This document shows positions 8,918 to 17,447 of a DNA stretch of 24,402 nucleotides, one piece after another (positions within the stretch are counted from its first letter, which is position 1; the number at the start of each line of letters is the position of its first letter). Source of the DNA: Nitrospinota bacterium. GTDB lineage: Bacteria; UBA8248. The DNA lies in assembly GCA_030754595.1 (NCBI GenBank), contig JASLZZ010000033.1:1-24402 (forward strand). The letters run 5' to 3'. The notes under the pieces were generated by a model, which made no database searches, was not told where the DNA came from, and saw only the letters and a list, made by a program, of their open reading frames with translations. The position numbers were made by a program, and so were the translations under genes.

Positions 8918-10926
8918 TGACCCATCCCTCCAACAGGTTCCGCTCCACGACCCTGGGCAGCGGCGTGAGAGCTTTCTTCACCCAGGGTGCCCAGCCAGAA
9001 AACAAAGGTCATGAGCACCAGGTAGAGGACGGTGATACCGCCCACCACCCAAGCCATATGCGCCATCGTCGGCGTGAAGGCCCCCGCGGAGGTGTCCCGC
9101 AGGACGCCGAAAATATGCCAGTCCTCCCGCAACCCCGAGCGGATGAATCCCATCAATCCCATGAGAAGCACGACGCTCACACAAAGGAGGATCAGCGCGT
9201 ATTGCGCCCGCACCGGGCCCCTCCCCCACCGAATCCCGCCGACCTCCTCCGCCCCCCGAAAGAGGTAGATGTCCACGGTCGTCACGAAGATGAGCGCGGT
9301 CAGTACGATGAGCACCTGGACCACCGCGATCTCGCGGAGGAACGGGTTGGCCTTCTCGAGCACAACGAAGCCGTATGGCCCCAGAAAAAAGGCGGCGGAA
9401 AAGACCGCGCTCCCGAGGTAGAGAAACTGGGCCGCCACGCCGCGGTCGCGGTAGGTCATGAGCGCGCAGACCGCCAGCAAGATGACGTGACCAATCATGA
9501 GATAGGCGGGGATGAGAAAGTACACGCGGCGGTCAGGCGAAAGCTCCATGTCGCGCGGATCGAGCGTGAAGAGCACGGCGGTGAACCAGACCAATAGCAG
9601 GGCCGATACCGCCGCCGCCGCCCCCACCACCACCTTGCCCCGAAGGCCGTGTTCGGCGAAGGGGAGACGCTCGCCCTTGTTCCCCCGGCGGTAGAGAAGG
9701 AAACTCAAATAGGTGGATAGAATGATAAAATTCACCGCCGCGTTCTTCGCGGGCATGAGACCCAAATACTTCAGGACCGGATGATATTGGCCCCCCATGA
9801 GGACTTGCTCGGTCGAGCTCAGCGGGAGGTTGTGGGGCGTGAGCCAGACGGCGAAACAGAGGATAAGGACGAGGTTGAGCCACTTGATGAAACCCTGGTA
9901 GCGCTCGGCCCCCGGGATGCGCTCCATCCCGTTCCAGAGGTAAAAATTGGCCCCGATGAAGAGCATCCCAATCAGTATGGCCTGGATGATGAAGGTCCAG
10001 CTGAAGGCGCCGCCCATCATGTTATTGCCCATGACGGGACTGAAGCTGTACATCTCCCGCCCCAGCCAGTAGCCCGCAAAAGGCAGCGGGATCAGGGCGC
10101 TCATCCCCACGAAGTTGCCCACATAGCCCATCCAGTCGTAATGGGCCCGCTCCTCCTGGCGCTCCGAACCCAGGAACTTAATCGCGGCGTAGGCCCCCAC
10201 GATGAAGCCCCCGAAGGCGACGTTGGCGATGAGGCGGTGCACGTTCAGAGGCATCCAGAGCGGGTTCGCGATCGCCGCCCAGGCGGTGCCGACAAACCGG
10301 CTCGTCTCGGGGTCGATCCCCGTGGGAGTCATCATGTAGGTCACCCACGCGTTGGAGATGGCCATGATCAAGATGCCCGTCAGGTTCAGCACGAGCCCGA
10401 AGCTCATGTGGAGCCGCTTCTTCGGCCCCCCCTGCAGCCGATCCCAAGAGTAGTAATAAAGGTAAAGCGAGAAGGCCTCGGCGAAGAAGAGAAGGGAGTA
10501 GATGTACATCGAGCCGTGGAAGACGCCGCCCATGAAGTTCATAAAGCGCGGATAGAGGCCGAAAAGCAGAAAGACAAAGAGCCCCCCGAGAGAGGCCGTG
10601 GTGGCGAAGGCGGCCGAGAGGAGCCTGGTGAATTCATGTGCAAGGCGATCATACCGCTGGTCGCCGGTCCGGTGCCCGATGTACTCGGTGATGAGGGCGA
10701 AGAGGGGGACCCCGAGCACGAAGGCCCCGAACATCAGGTGAAGCTGTGCCACCACCCAGACGGTGGTGCGGGAATCGAAACCGAAGAAACTCCGGTATTC
10801 CGCGGCGGCCCCCGCCTGAGCCAGCGCGGGAATCGGCAGGAGAGCCAGGAGGACCAGCGAGGCCGCCAGGATCCAGCGCCCAGCAACCCATCGCTCGGTC
10901 CCAAGGCCCGGGAGATGCGCGCTCAT
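8914..10926 (-). CDS. Cytochrome bd oxidase subunit I-like (non-canonical) polytopic membrane protein
   Basis: Many TM helices with CydA-like motifs QLHLMFGAFVLGVP, FAEAFSLYLYYYSWD, NAWVTYMMTP and NPLWMPLNVHR. The C-terminal MGFIRSGLREDW stands where CydA has GWxxxExGRQPW. Confidence 0.85.
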   Translation of the reverse strand: MSAHLPGLGTERWVAGRWILAASLVLLALLPIPALAQAGAAAEYRSFFGFDSRTTVWVVAQLHLMFGAFVLGVPLFALITEYIGHRTGDQRYDRLAHEFTRLLSAAFATTASLGGLFVFLLFGLYPRFMNFMGGVFHGSMYIYSLLFFAEAFSLYLYYYSWDRLQGGPKKRLHMSFGLVLNLTGILIMAISNAWVTYMMTPTGIDPETSRFVGTAWAAIANPLWMPLNVHRLIANVAFGGFIVGAYAAIKFLGSERQEERAHYDWMGYVGNFVGMSALIPLPFAGYWLGREMYSFSPVMGNNMMGGAFSWTFIIQAILIGMLFIGANFYLWNGMERIPGAERYQGFIKWLNLVLILCFAVWLTPHNLPLSSTEQVLMGGQYHPVLKYLGLMPAKNAAVNFIILSTYLSFLLYRRGNKGERLPFAEHGLRGKVVVGAAAAVSALLLVWFTAVLFTLDPRDMELSPDRRVYFLIPAYLMIGHVILLAVCALMTYRDRGVAAQFLYLGSAVFSAAFFLGPYGFVVLEKANPFLREIAVVQVLIVLTALIFVTTVDIYLFRGAEEVGGIRWGRGPVRAQYALILLCVSVVLLMGLMGFIRSGLREDWHIFGVLRDTSAGAFTPTMAHMAWVVGGITVLYLVLMTFVFWLGTLGEESSHAAAQGRGAEPVGGMGQ

Positions 10927-12260
10927 TGTCCCCCCCCGAGGCGATCCCGGACGAAGCCGGGCATGAGGCTCCGCGGGAGAAGCGCCTCGCGGGCCTCCTT
11001 CATCAGATCGGCCGTGACGGAGGAAACGCCCCGCTCCCGCGCATAATCCTCCACGCTTTTCGCCACCATCCCCCGTGCGAAGGAAGGGATGCGCGAGAGG
11101 CGCTCCCGGGCCTCTGCCGTCCAGGGGAAACCCCTCTCGACCTCGAGCCCGAACCGCCCTTCCTCGGAAAAGCGCACCAAAGGCACATCGCCCGGGGGCT
11201 CATAGGCGCAAGCGGGGTCCTCCGCCATCACGTCTCCCGTCGCCGCGTAGGCCCGGCACCGGCACCCACCGCACACCTCGCGGAACTCGCACCGTCCGCA
11301 CCTTCCCTTGAGTTCGCCTGAGCGATAATGGCTGAGGAGTGAAGAGGAGCGCCAAATCTCCCCAAAAGGCTTATCGCGTAAATTTCCTGCCGAAAGCGAA
11401 ACGTAGGGGCAGGGCGTCACCTCGCCCGAAGGACCGATCCGGCAATACTCCCGCCCCGCGGGGCAACCGCCGTTGGCGTAATCAGATAGAAGAGGCGAAG
11501 CAGGATCGGCCTCGTAGACAACCCGGCGGAAATGCGGGGCGCATTTCGCCCGGATGAGGAGATCATCTCCCTCGCGGGTCCTTTCGCCAGGACCTTCACC
11601 GTTGCCATTCACCCCCTGGACCCGCGCCAGGAAGCGCAACGCCTCCTCGCAACGGGGAGCGGGCAATTCGCTAAAACCCTCGCCCCGGCCCGTTCGAACG
11701 AGGAAGAAGACATTCAAAACCTGGGCGCCCCGTTCCCGGGCAAAATCCACCATGGCGGGCAACTCCTCCGCGTTCCATTCCATGGCCGAGAAATGGAGGG
11801 AAAAGGGAAGGCCCGCCTCCTCCAGCAGGCGCATGGCCCGCACCGCCTTCTCCCAACCGCCGGGGAGACCGCGGAATTGGTCGTGCCGCTCTGGATCGAC
11901 CGAGTCCAGGCTCACGCTCGCCCCCTGAATACCCGAAGCCTTCATTCGCTCAGCCACTCGCCCGTCGAGCAGGACACCGTTGGTCCCAAGGACCACTGTG
12001 AACCCTCGTTTCGACGCATTTTCAGCGATGTCGAAAAGGTCATGCCGCACAAGGGGCTCCCCTCCCGTCAGGATGAGAAACGCGTTGGGGTTCACCTCGG
12101 CCATCTGGTCCACCACCCCGAGACACTCATCCCGGCTGAATTCCGCCGAGCGGTCCGCCCCGGGGAAGGCGCTCATGTAGCAGTGGGCGCAACGCTGGTT
12201 GCAGCGCTTGGTCAGGTTCCAGCTGATTGCCTGGACACGCCTCTCGGCGGTTTCTGCCAT
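10923..12260 (-). CDS. Radical SAM/SPASM enzyme, AhbD/NirJ-like, with a C-terminal PCP_red domain (445 aa)
   Basis: Start moved to ATG 12260 (GAGGAAAGG upstream). WNLTKRCNQRCAHCY, LTGGEP, CAPHF, GCPAG, CGRCEFREVCGGCRCRAYA...DPAC, and WTAEARERLSRIPSFARGM. Confidence 0.9.
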   Translation of the reverse strand: MAETAERRVQAISWNLTKRCNQRCAHCYMSAFPGADRSAEFSRDECLGVVDQMAEVNPNAFLILTGGEPLVRHDLFDIAENASKRGFTVVLGTNGVLLDGRVAERMKASGIQGASVSLDSVDPERHDQFRGLPGGWEKAVRAMRLLEEAGLPFSLHFSAMEWNAEELPAMVDFARERGAQVLNVFFLVRTGRGEGFSELPAPRCEEALRFLARVQGVNGNGEGPGERTREGDDLLIRAKCAPHFRRVVYEADPASPLLSDYANGGCPAGREYCRIGPSGEVTPCPYVSLSAGNLRDKPFGEIWRSSSLLSHYRSGELKGRCGRCEFREVCGGCRCRAYAATGDVMAEDPACAYEPPGDVPLVRFSEEGRFGLEVERGFPWTAEARERLSRIPSFARGMVAKSVEDYARERGVSSVTADLMKEAREALLPRSLMPGFVRDRLGGGQ

Positions 12261-12327
12261 CCTTTCCTCTCCCGGAAGGAACACCTCCATCCCGGACCAT
12301 TCCCTCAACGAGCTTCGCCCTCCCCCG

Positions 12328-13143
12328 CTAATCCGGAGGCTGGGACGAAACCTCCAAGGCCGCGGCGAAAACCGAAGAAGTGACACAACCGAGCCCTTGC
12401 TCTTGCGCAAAGGCGGCGACTTTCTCAAGGGTGCTCCGGCGCTTCTCGACATCCTCGATTCCGCGCCACTCCTCGACCGCCTCCCGCGACCAGTCGACTG
12501 TCGCATCCGCCTCCGCCCGCCCCGCTTCCCCGCGAGGAACCGCGGTTGGGGGCCTCACCTGCCGGGAGCGCATCATTTTCCGGGCCGGGGCGGGAATCAT
12601 CGTTTCGAACAAAGCCTCGAGCAGAGCGGGTGTCACGACGGTCTGCTTGCGATTGTGGGCCTCTGCTTCAACCTTTTGTCTGACCATGGGCCGGACAAAA
12701 GAAGGCACCTTCTCGATTCGGGCCTCGGCCTCCGGGGTCCAGAGGATGCCCCGCTCCGGCGCGCCCTCGAAGTAATCGCGGAACTTCGCCATGATCTCCT
12801 CGCTCCGCTCCGATCGCTGGGCCAGGAAAGCCTGAATGTCCTCGATAACCTCGAGCTTGCGCGCGTTGCGCCTCAGCTTCTGCTTGGCCACCTCGAACGC
12901 CCCCGGATGAAGCTCCTCAAATCCCATCCGCTTCATGCTCCGCGTCACCCTCAGCATCGACTCATCCCGAATCTGGGTGAGGAAATCCGAGGTGATGAGG
13001 GGTTGCTCCAGCTCGGAGGCGCGCTTGGCCATCAATTTGTAGATGCCCGGCCGAACGAAATCGGGAGCGTCCTCGATACGCCGGAGCGCCGTCGTGCTCC
13101 AGAGGGTTTCATCCCGTTCCGGCGGCGGCGAAAGAGATCCCAT
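12328..13143 (-). CDS. Protein made of three PCP_red (BchB C-terminal-like) domains (about 271 aa)
   Basis: Likely start is ATG 13143. Repeats: WSTTALRRIEDAPDFVRP, WTPEAEARIEKVPSFVRP and WSREAVEEW. Confidence 0.8.
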   Translation of the reverse strand: MGSLSPPPERDETLWSTTALRRIEDAPDFVRPGIYKLMAKRASELEQPLITSDFLTQIRDESMLRVTRSMKRMGFEELHPGAFEVAKQKLRRNARKLEVIEDIQAFLAQRSERSEEIMAKFRDYFEGAPERGILWTPEAEARIEKVPSFVRPMVRQKVEAEAHNRKQTVVTPALLEALFETMIPAPARKMMRSRQVRPPTAVPRGEAGRAEADATVDWSREAVEEWRGIEDVEKRRSTLEKVAAFAQEQGLGCVTSSVFAAALEVSSQPPD

Positions 13144-13327
13144 CTCGATCAACCCATCTAAAGAGAAGCAAAGGAACCCACTTTCATCCGCCGGCCTCAC
13201 TCTCGGTGAGGCTTCCTCGCATAAGTGCGCAGGCCATATCGGAGGCCTCGAAGGGAATGGAGCCCCCACCAGCCATAGGGTCGGCGAAGGCAATCTCCCT
13301 CTTTTTCCAATGACACGCCTTTTACCT

Positions 13328-13420
13328 CTACCACCTGTACCGGGCGTGAACCGGACTCATCAAGAAGAGCAAGACGGTTGAGAAAGCCGGTGCAGTCTCG
13401 ATTCTTGTCCACCCTTTCAT
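13328..13420 (-). other. 30-aa signal-peptide-like small ORF or gene remnant (MKGWTRIETAPAFSTVLLFLMSPVHARYRW*)
   Basis: ATG 13420 preceded by AAGGAAGG, a hydrophobic core and a VHA cleavage-like site, then a stop four residues later. Confidence 0.3.
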
Positions 13421-13509
13421 GACTGTCCTTCCTTCTTACTTGTACTCATCCGATACCGTTGGGTTTTCCAAGATCGCGACCGTGTAGAGGATGTAGGAAG
13501 ATGAGGGGC

Positions 13510-15084
13510 CTATTCTAGATTCAGTAGGTTCCACCCCGTCACTCCCTTTTGGCCATCGCGGTCCCCTTTGGAGCCATCCCAGACAGCGAAGGTGATGGGG
13601 AACTGCCCCCCGCTTTTAAGCTGCACATCGAACAACCCTTTCGAGCGAAGCTCTCTAACGAAGACAACCTTCCACCTCCCTGCCACGTAGAGGCCCCGGC
13701 CCTTCACGTCTTGATCTCCCTGCGGCTGAGCGGTGAGAGTTCCAAACCCCACCGCGTTGAGATCCTCTACGGCCGAAGGCCTCATGGGGATAGAGAGGGG
13801 GTTGCCCGCACCCCAGCCGGTAATGAAGACCGGGTCATGTGCGGCGGCCGATGTGATGGGGAGGTGACTCGGATTCTCGACGTCCTTCGGATACCTAACC
13901 GCCTCCAGCAGATAATCGTCGGAGACCATGTTTGGATAGGCGGTTTCGATATCCTGGAATCCGGCGAGATCCATTTGTCTGTCGAGCCGCCAGTACCAGA
14001 TGTTGACGGGCCTGCCTTTCTCCCCCATGGCAAAAAGAGGCTGCTCGGAAATGGGCAGATCCGGGGAGAGTGAGAACATGATGGCTGCTGAATCGGTGAA
14101 GTCCTTGTGGCGGAGAAACTTCGAGTTGACCTCCCAATCCTCCCACTCGAGCAAAAAGGCGATCTTCCTCCCATCGTGGAGGGCCCTTACTGAAATCGCA
14201 TCAGCCGCCTCCCGCCTTTGCCAGAGATGCATAAAGGGGATCGTCGTCTCGGGTACCCTACGCCACAAGGGGTCCAAAGCATCCCTTGGAACGGCGCCTG
14301 AGACCCTCTTCGCCACAACTGTCCCGGTCGTCGGCTGCACAGCCACCTTTGGGCCTGCCAGCGACTTGACGTAATGAACCAAGGCCCAGCGCTCGGTTTC
14401 TTTCAGCAGATCTTCGTAGGTGGGCATGGGGGTTCCGTCCATCCCGGTGGTAAGTCGGAGGTAGACATCGGAAGGCTTACCGCCCCCTTTGTAGATGCCA
14501 CGGGTAAAGTCGTTAGGCAGAATAGGGAAGCCCCAATCATCGAACAGTTGTTTCGCCGAAGGGCCATCCCCCCTTCCCTCAAAACCGTGGCACTCCCAAC
14601 ACTTCATCTTTTTGTAAAGCTCTTTGCCCTTTACCAAAGTCTGAGCGGTTGTTGGAGGCTCTGGCGGTACCTGGATGACCCTTTCCAGGTCTTCTTCCTC
14701 AATTTCTGCAAGCTTCTTGATAAAGGCCACAAGCCCCCACCGCTCCCCCTCGGACAGGTAGGAGAAATTGGGCATGGCGGAACCTGGTATCCCATTATTG
14801 ATTGTTCGGAAGATATCCTGGTCGGTTGGAGGAGAACCACCCGGGGTGGAGCGGATTTTAAAGAGCCCATTTGTGAAGTTTCGAGGCTTTGGGAAGAGGA
14901 AATCGGCAGCTCGGCCATCTCCCCTTCCTTTCGCTCCATGACAGACAGCACACTGTTTATCGTATAGGGCCTCTCCCTGCTTCAGAAGCTCAGGCGTCAA
15001 CTTGGGGGGGGCAGCACCCTGAGCCGAGGCCCCGACGAAGAGCGAACACAAGACGAACGCTATTCCGCCACAGATTCTTCCCAT
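13510..15084 (-). CDS. Dihaem cytochrome c + EbdC-like haem b domain; NXR gamma-subunit candidate (524 aa)
   Basis: Start moved to ATG 15084 (GGAGGG upstream). Signal peptide, CAVCH, CWECH, FAMGEKGRPVNIWYW and WDGSKGDRDGQK. Confidence 0.88.
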   Translation of the reverse strand: MGRICGGIAFVLCSLFVGASAQGAAPPKLTPELLKQGEALYDKQCAVCHGAKGRGDGRAADFLFPKPRNFTNGLFKIRSTPGGSPPTDQDIFRTINNGIPGSAMPNFSYLSEGERWGLVAFIKKLAEIEEEDLERVIQVPPEPPTTAQTLVKGKELYKKMKCWECHGFEGRGDGPSAKQLFDDWGFPILPNDFTRGIYKGGGKPSDVYLRLTTGMDGTPMPTYEDLLKETERWALVHYVKSLAGPKVAVQPTTGTVVAKRVSGAVPRDALDPLWRRVPETTIPFMHLWQRREAADAISVRALHDGRKIAFLLEWEDWEVNSKFLRHKDFTDSAAIMFSLSPDLPISEQPLFAMGEKGRPVNIWYWRLDRQMDLAGFQDIETAYPNMVSDDYLLEAVRYPKDVENPSHLPITSAAAHDPVFITGWGAGNPLSIPMRPSAVEDLNAVGFGTLTAQPQGDQDVKGRGLYVAGRWKVVFVRELRSKGLFDVQLKSGGQFPITFAVWDGSKGDRDGQKGVTGWNLLNLE

Positions 15085-15818
15085 GACAATCCCTCCGTTG
15101 GCAAACAATAATCCTGGACTCCGCAGGAGAAGCAATTCTCTTCCGGCTCCAAGGGGGTTGGTGTCAAACTCTCTACTACCAATAGGGGCTTTACCCCGAA
15201 CGCTTCGACCTCGAAAGCCAGAAACAACTCCGTCAGCAGGGCAAGCTTTTGGTAAAAACCACCTTTCGCCTCAAGACGCTTGGTGAAAAGCGGCACCCAC
15301 GTGCACAGATGATCGTTCAAGAACTTCCTCTGGGCCTCCTGGCAGACCTCGTCTTTATCCTCCGAACCAGAGGTCAAAGCGTAAGCCTGCTTGAAAGCCA
15401 AGAACGCCATGAACTCCAGCTCGGTGGCGATGTGGTCGAGCCGCTCCTTAACCTGGTCCGAGATCTCCAGACCGAAAGCCCGATAAAAGCCGGCGATATC
15501 GCCTAAGTTCTGGGTCTGCTGAAAGACGTGGGCACCCCCGTACTGGGTCTCATAGGGCGGGCACTCCGTCGAGATCGTGTGGCCGAAGACCCTTACATAT
15601 TCCTCTTCAAGAGCCACGGGGTCCCTCAGACAGCCCCTTAGGGATTCGATGGCCTCCGTGAGGCCGTCGGAGTTTCCGAGGAGGGCTACGGCGTCCTTTA
15701 CCCCCTCCCAGTTTAGGTCAGAGAAGATCTCCTCATCCGGGTATAAAAAAAGAGGCGAGAGGAAACTATAAACATGGCTCCTCACCAGTGCGCGATTGGA
15801 AGTCTCTTCCGGATCCAT
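15060..15818 (-). CDS. TorD/DmsD-family molybdoenzyme maturation chaperone (252 aa)
   Basis: Start moved to ATG 15818. EYVRVFG, PPYETQY, FYRAFGL, ERLDHIATELEFM and FLNDHLCTW. Directly downstream of nxrB. Confidence 0.92.
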   Translation of the reverse strand: MDPEETSNRALVRSHVYSFLSPLFLYPDEEIFSDLNWEGVKDAVALLGNSDGLTEAIESLRGCLRDPVALEEEYVRVFGHTISTECPPYETQYGGAHVFQQTQNLGDIAGFYRAFGLEISDQVKERLDHIATELEFMAFLAFKQAYALTSGSEDKDEVCQEAQRKFLNDHLCTWVPLFTKRLEAKGGFYQKLALLTELFLAFEVEAFGVKPLLVVESLTPTPLEPEENCFSCGVQDYCLPTEGLSWEESVAE

Positions 15819-15829
15819 CGTCCTTCCCC

Positions 15830-17116
15830 CTAAATGGAGTTTTGGTGCTTCTCGGGCCTGACGTGTAGTGGCTCCTGGACGGAAAGACTTACAACCTCCT
15901 TGCCGTTCTTGTCGAAGCCGATGACCGTGTCGTTGTACATCTCCCACTTTTTCCCGTTGATGGTTTTCTCGAAGATCTTCGGCCCTTCCTTGATCTCATA
16001 CCGAAAGATGATCTTCTGCTGAGCCCGGAAAAGCTGCAAAACGGCCAGAAGCTCCCTAGAGGGGGCCGCGTACCTTTCAATGGCCTCATCCACCCCGGGC
16101 CCGAACATTTGTCTTAAGTATGGGCGAGGCGCCCACCTCGGAGGGATGTAGTAGCCATTCGCCTCGGTCCCGAACTGTGGATACAAAGGGAGAGCTACTT
16201 TTTCTACCTTGACCATGAAATAGAGTGGGTTATAGCGATCCTCCGCCCAGTCGCCGGTCTTTTCGTCGATCTTGGCCAAGCCCTGCATCCGAATCTTCCC
16301 CACGCACGAGCTCATACAACGAGTCTCGATGGGGGCCCCATCGGGGGTAATATGGGGGTCTTTGCCCTCGATCCTGGGATAGCAGGCGATGCATTTCTCC
16401 GTGACCCTTGTGGTCCCCCTGAACATCGGCTTCTTGTAAGGACAGGCCTCGACACATTTTCTGTAGCCCCGGCAACGATTCTGGTCGATCAAAACGATCC
16501 CATCCTCCGGCCTTTTGTAAATGGCCTTTCTGGGACAAGCGGCGAGGCAGGCCGGGTAAGTGCAGTGATTGCAGATCCGTTGGAGATAGAAAAACCAGGT
16601 TTTATGCTCGGGCAGCTCCGCCGAATCGCCCCACTTGCCCACGGCTCCTTCGGGGCCTGCGGCCGTGTCTTCATAAATATTGGGGTAGCGCCACTCCTCG
16701 TCGGTAGGGATGTAGCCGATAGCTCGTTGATGCCCTTTAGGACCGTAGCGTTTGATGGCCGCCTCAAATATGGTGACCCCATCGAAGGCGCCGTAGGGGC
16801 GCTTGTTCCCATCCTTCTGTGCAGTATCCCAGACCTGCCCACCGGCGTTGGCCTCTTCCAAAAGTTTCAGTGTCTTCATATCCCAGGACTGGGGGTAGCC
16901 CCCATAGGGCTTGGTCTCGACGTTGTTCCACCACATGTACTCCTGGCCCTTGGAGAAGGTCCATGTGGACTTACAGGCCATGGTGCAGGTCTGGCATGCA
17001 ATACAGCGGTTGGTGTTGAACACAAAGGCGAACTGACTCCTGGGATGGGCCTCCTCGTAGGGATAGGCCATCTTCCTTCCGAGCTGCCAATTGTAAACCT
17101 TATGCCAATTTGCCAT
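15830..17116 (-). CDS. nxrB: Nitrite oxidoreductase / nitrate oxidoreductase beta (Fe-S) subunit, periplasmic-NXR type (428 aa)
   Basis: Start moved to ATG 17116 (AGGAGG). VYNWQLGR..YPY, CIACQTCTMACKSTW, WWNNVETKPYGGYP, CNHCTYPACLAACP, CRGYRKCVEACP and CIACYPR...CMSSCVG. Confidence 0.95.
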   Translation of the reverse strand: MANWHKVYNWQLGRKMAYPYEEAHPRSQFAFVFNTNRCIACQTCTMACKSTWTFSKGQEYMWWNNVETKPYGGYPQSWDMKTLKLLEEANAGGQVWDTAQKDGNKRPYGAFDGVTIFEAAIKRYGPKGHQRAIGYIPTDEEWRYPNIYEDTAAGPEGAVGKWGDSAELPEHKTWFFYLQRICNHCTYPACLAACPRKAIYKRPEDGIVLIDQNRCRGYRKCVEACPYKKPMFRGTTRVTEKCIACYPRIEGKDPHITPDGAPIETRCMSSCVGKIRMQGLAKIDEKTGDWAEDRYNPLYFMVKVEKVALPLYPQFGTEANGYYIPPRWAPRPYLRQMFGPGVDEAIERYAAPSRELLAVLQLFRAQQKIIFRYEIKEGPKIFEKTINGKKWEMYNDTVIGFDKNGKEVVSLSVQEPLHVRPEKHQNSI

Positions 17117-17438
17117 CGCTCTTCGCCTCCTCAGAACTCGGTTTCTTAAACTCGTCTTGACCAAGCCAGCAGGATATGTCCTCGCCTTTGTAATATCCCC
17201 ATCTCTGCCTCAGAGTTGCGATGAGGCGGTGGACATACATTTCACCCTTCTCTTGGTAGACCCTGTGGGTGGCCTGGTAAAAGGGATCTCGGAAGAGGCG
17301 AAGTAGACTTTCATCGTCCCAGCCGCCCCGGATGTACTCCTCCACCAAGCACTCCGCCATCTGCTCGAGATCCCCTCCAGGGAGCGACACACCTACCAGC
17401 TCCATGGGGTCATTGGCGTCAAACTTTTTCTTAATCAT
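17100..17438 (-). CDS. Small hypothetical protein between nxrA and nxrB (112 aa)
   Basis: Fills the nxrA-nxrB gap, starting 9 bp after the nxrA stop and overlapping the nxrB start. Protein-like sequence DPMELVGV...MAECLVEEY...LFRDPFY. Confidence 0.8.
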   Translation of the reverse strand: MIKKKFDANDPMELVGVSLPGGDLEQMAECLVEEYIRGGWDDESLLRLFRDPFYQATHRVYQEKGEMYVHRLIATLRQRWGYYKGEDISCWLGQDEFKKPSSEEAKSDGKLA

Positions 17439-17447
17439 CTTGCACCC

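Noticed and set aside
12328..13143. Chlorophyll biosynthesis (bchB/chlB) implied by PCP_red domains
   Set aside because: Only the small C-terminal domain is present. There is no nitrogenase-like catalytic domain and no bchL/bchN in the window.
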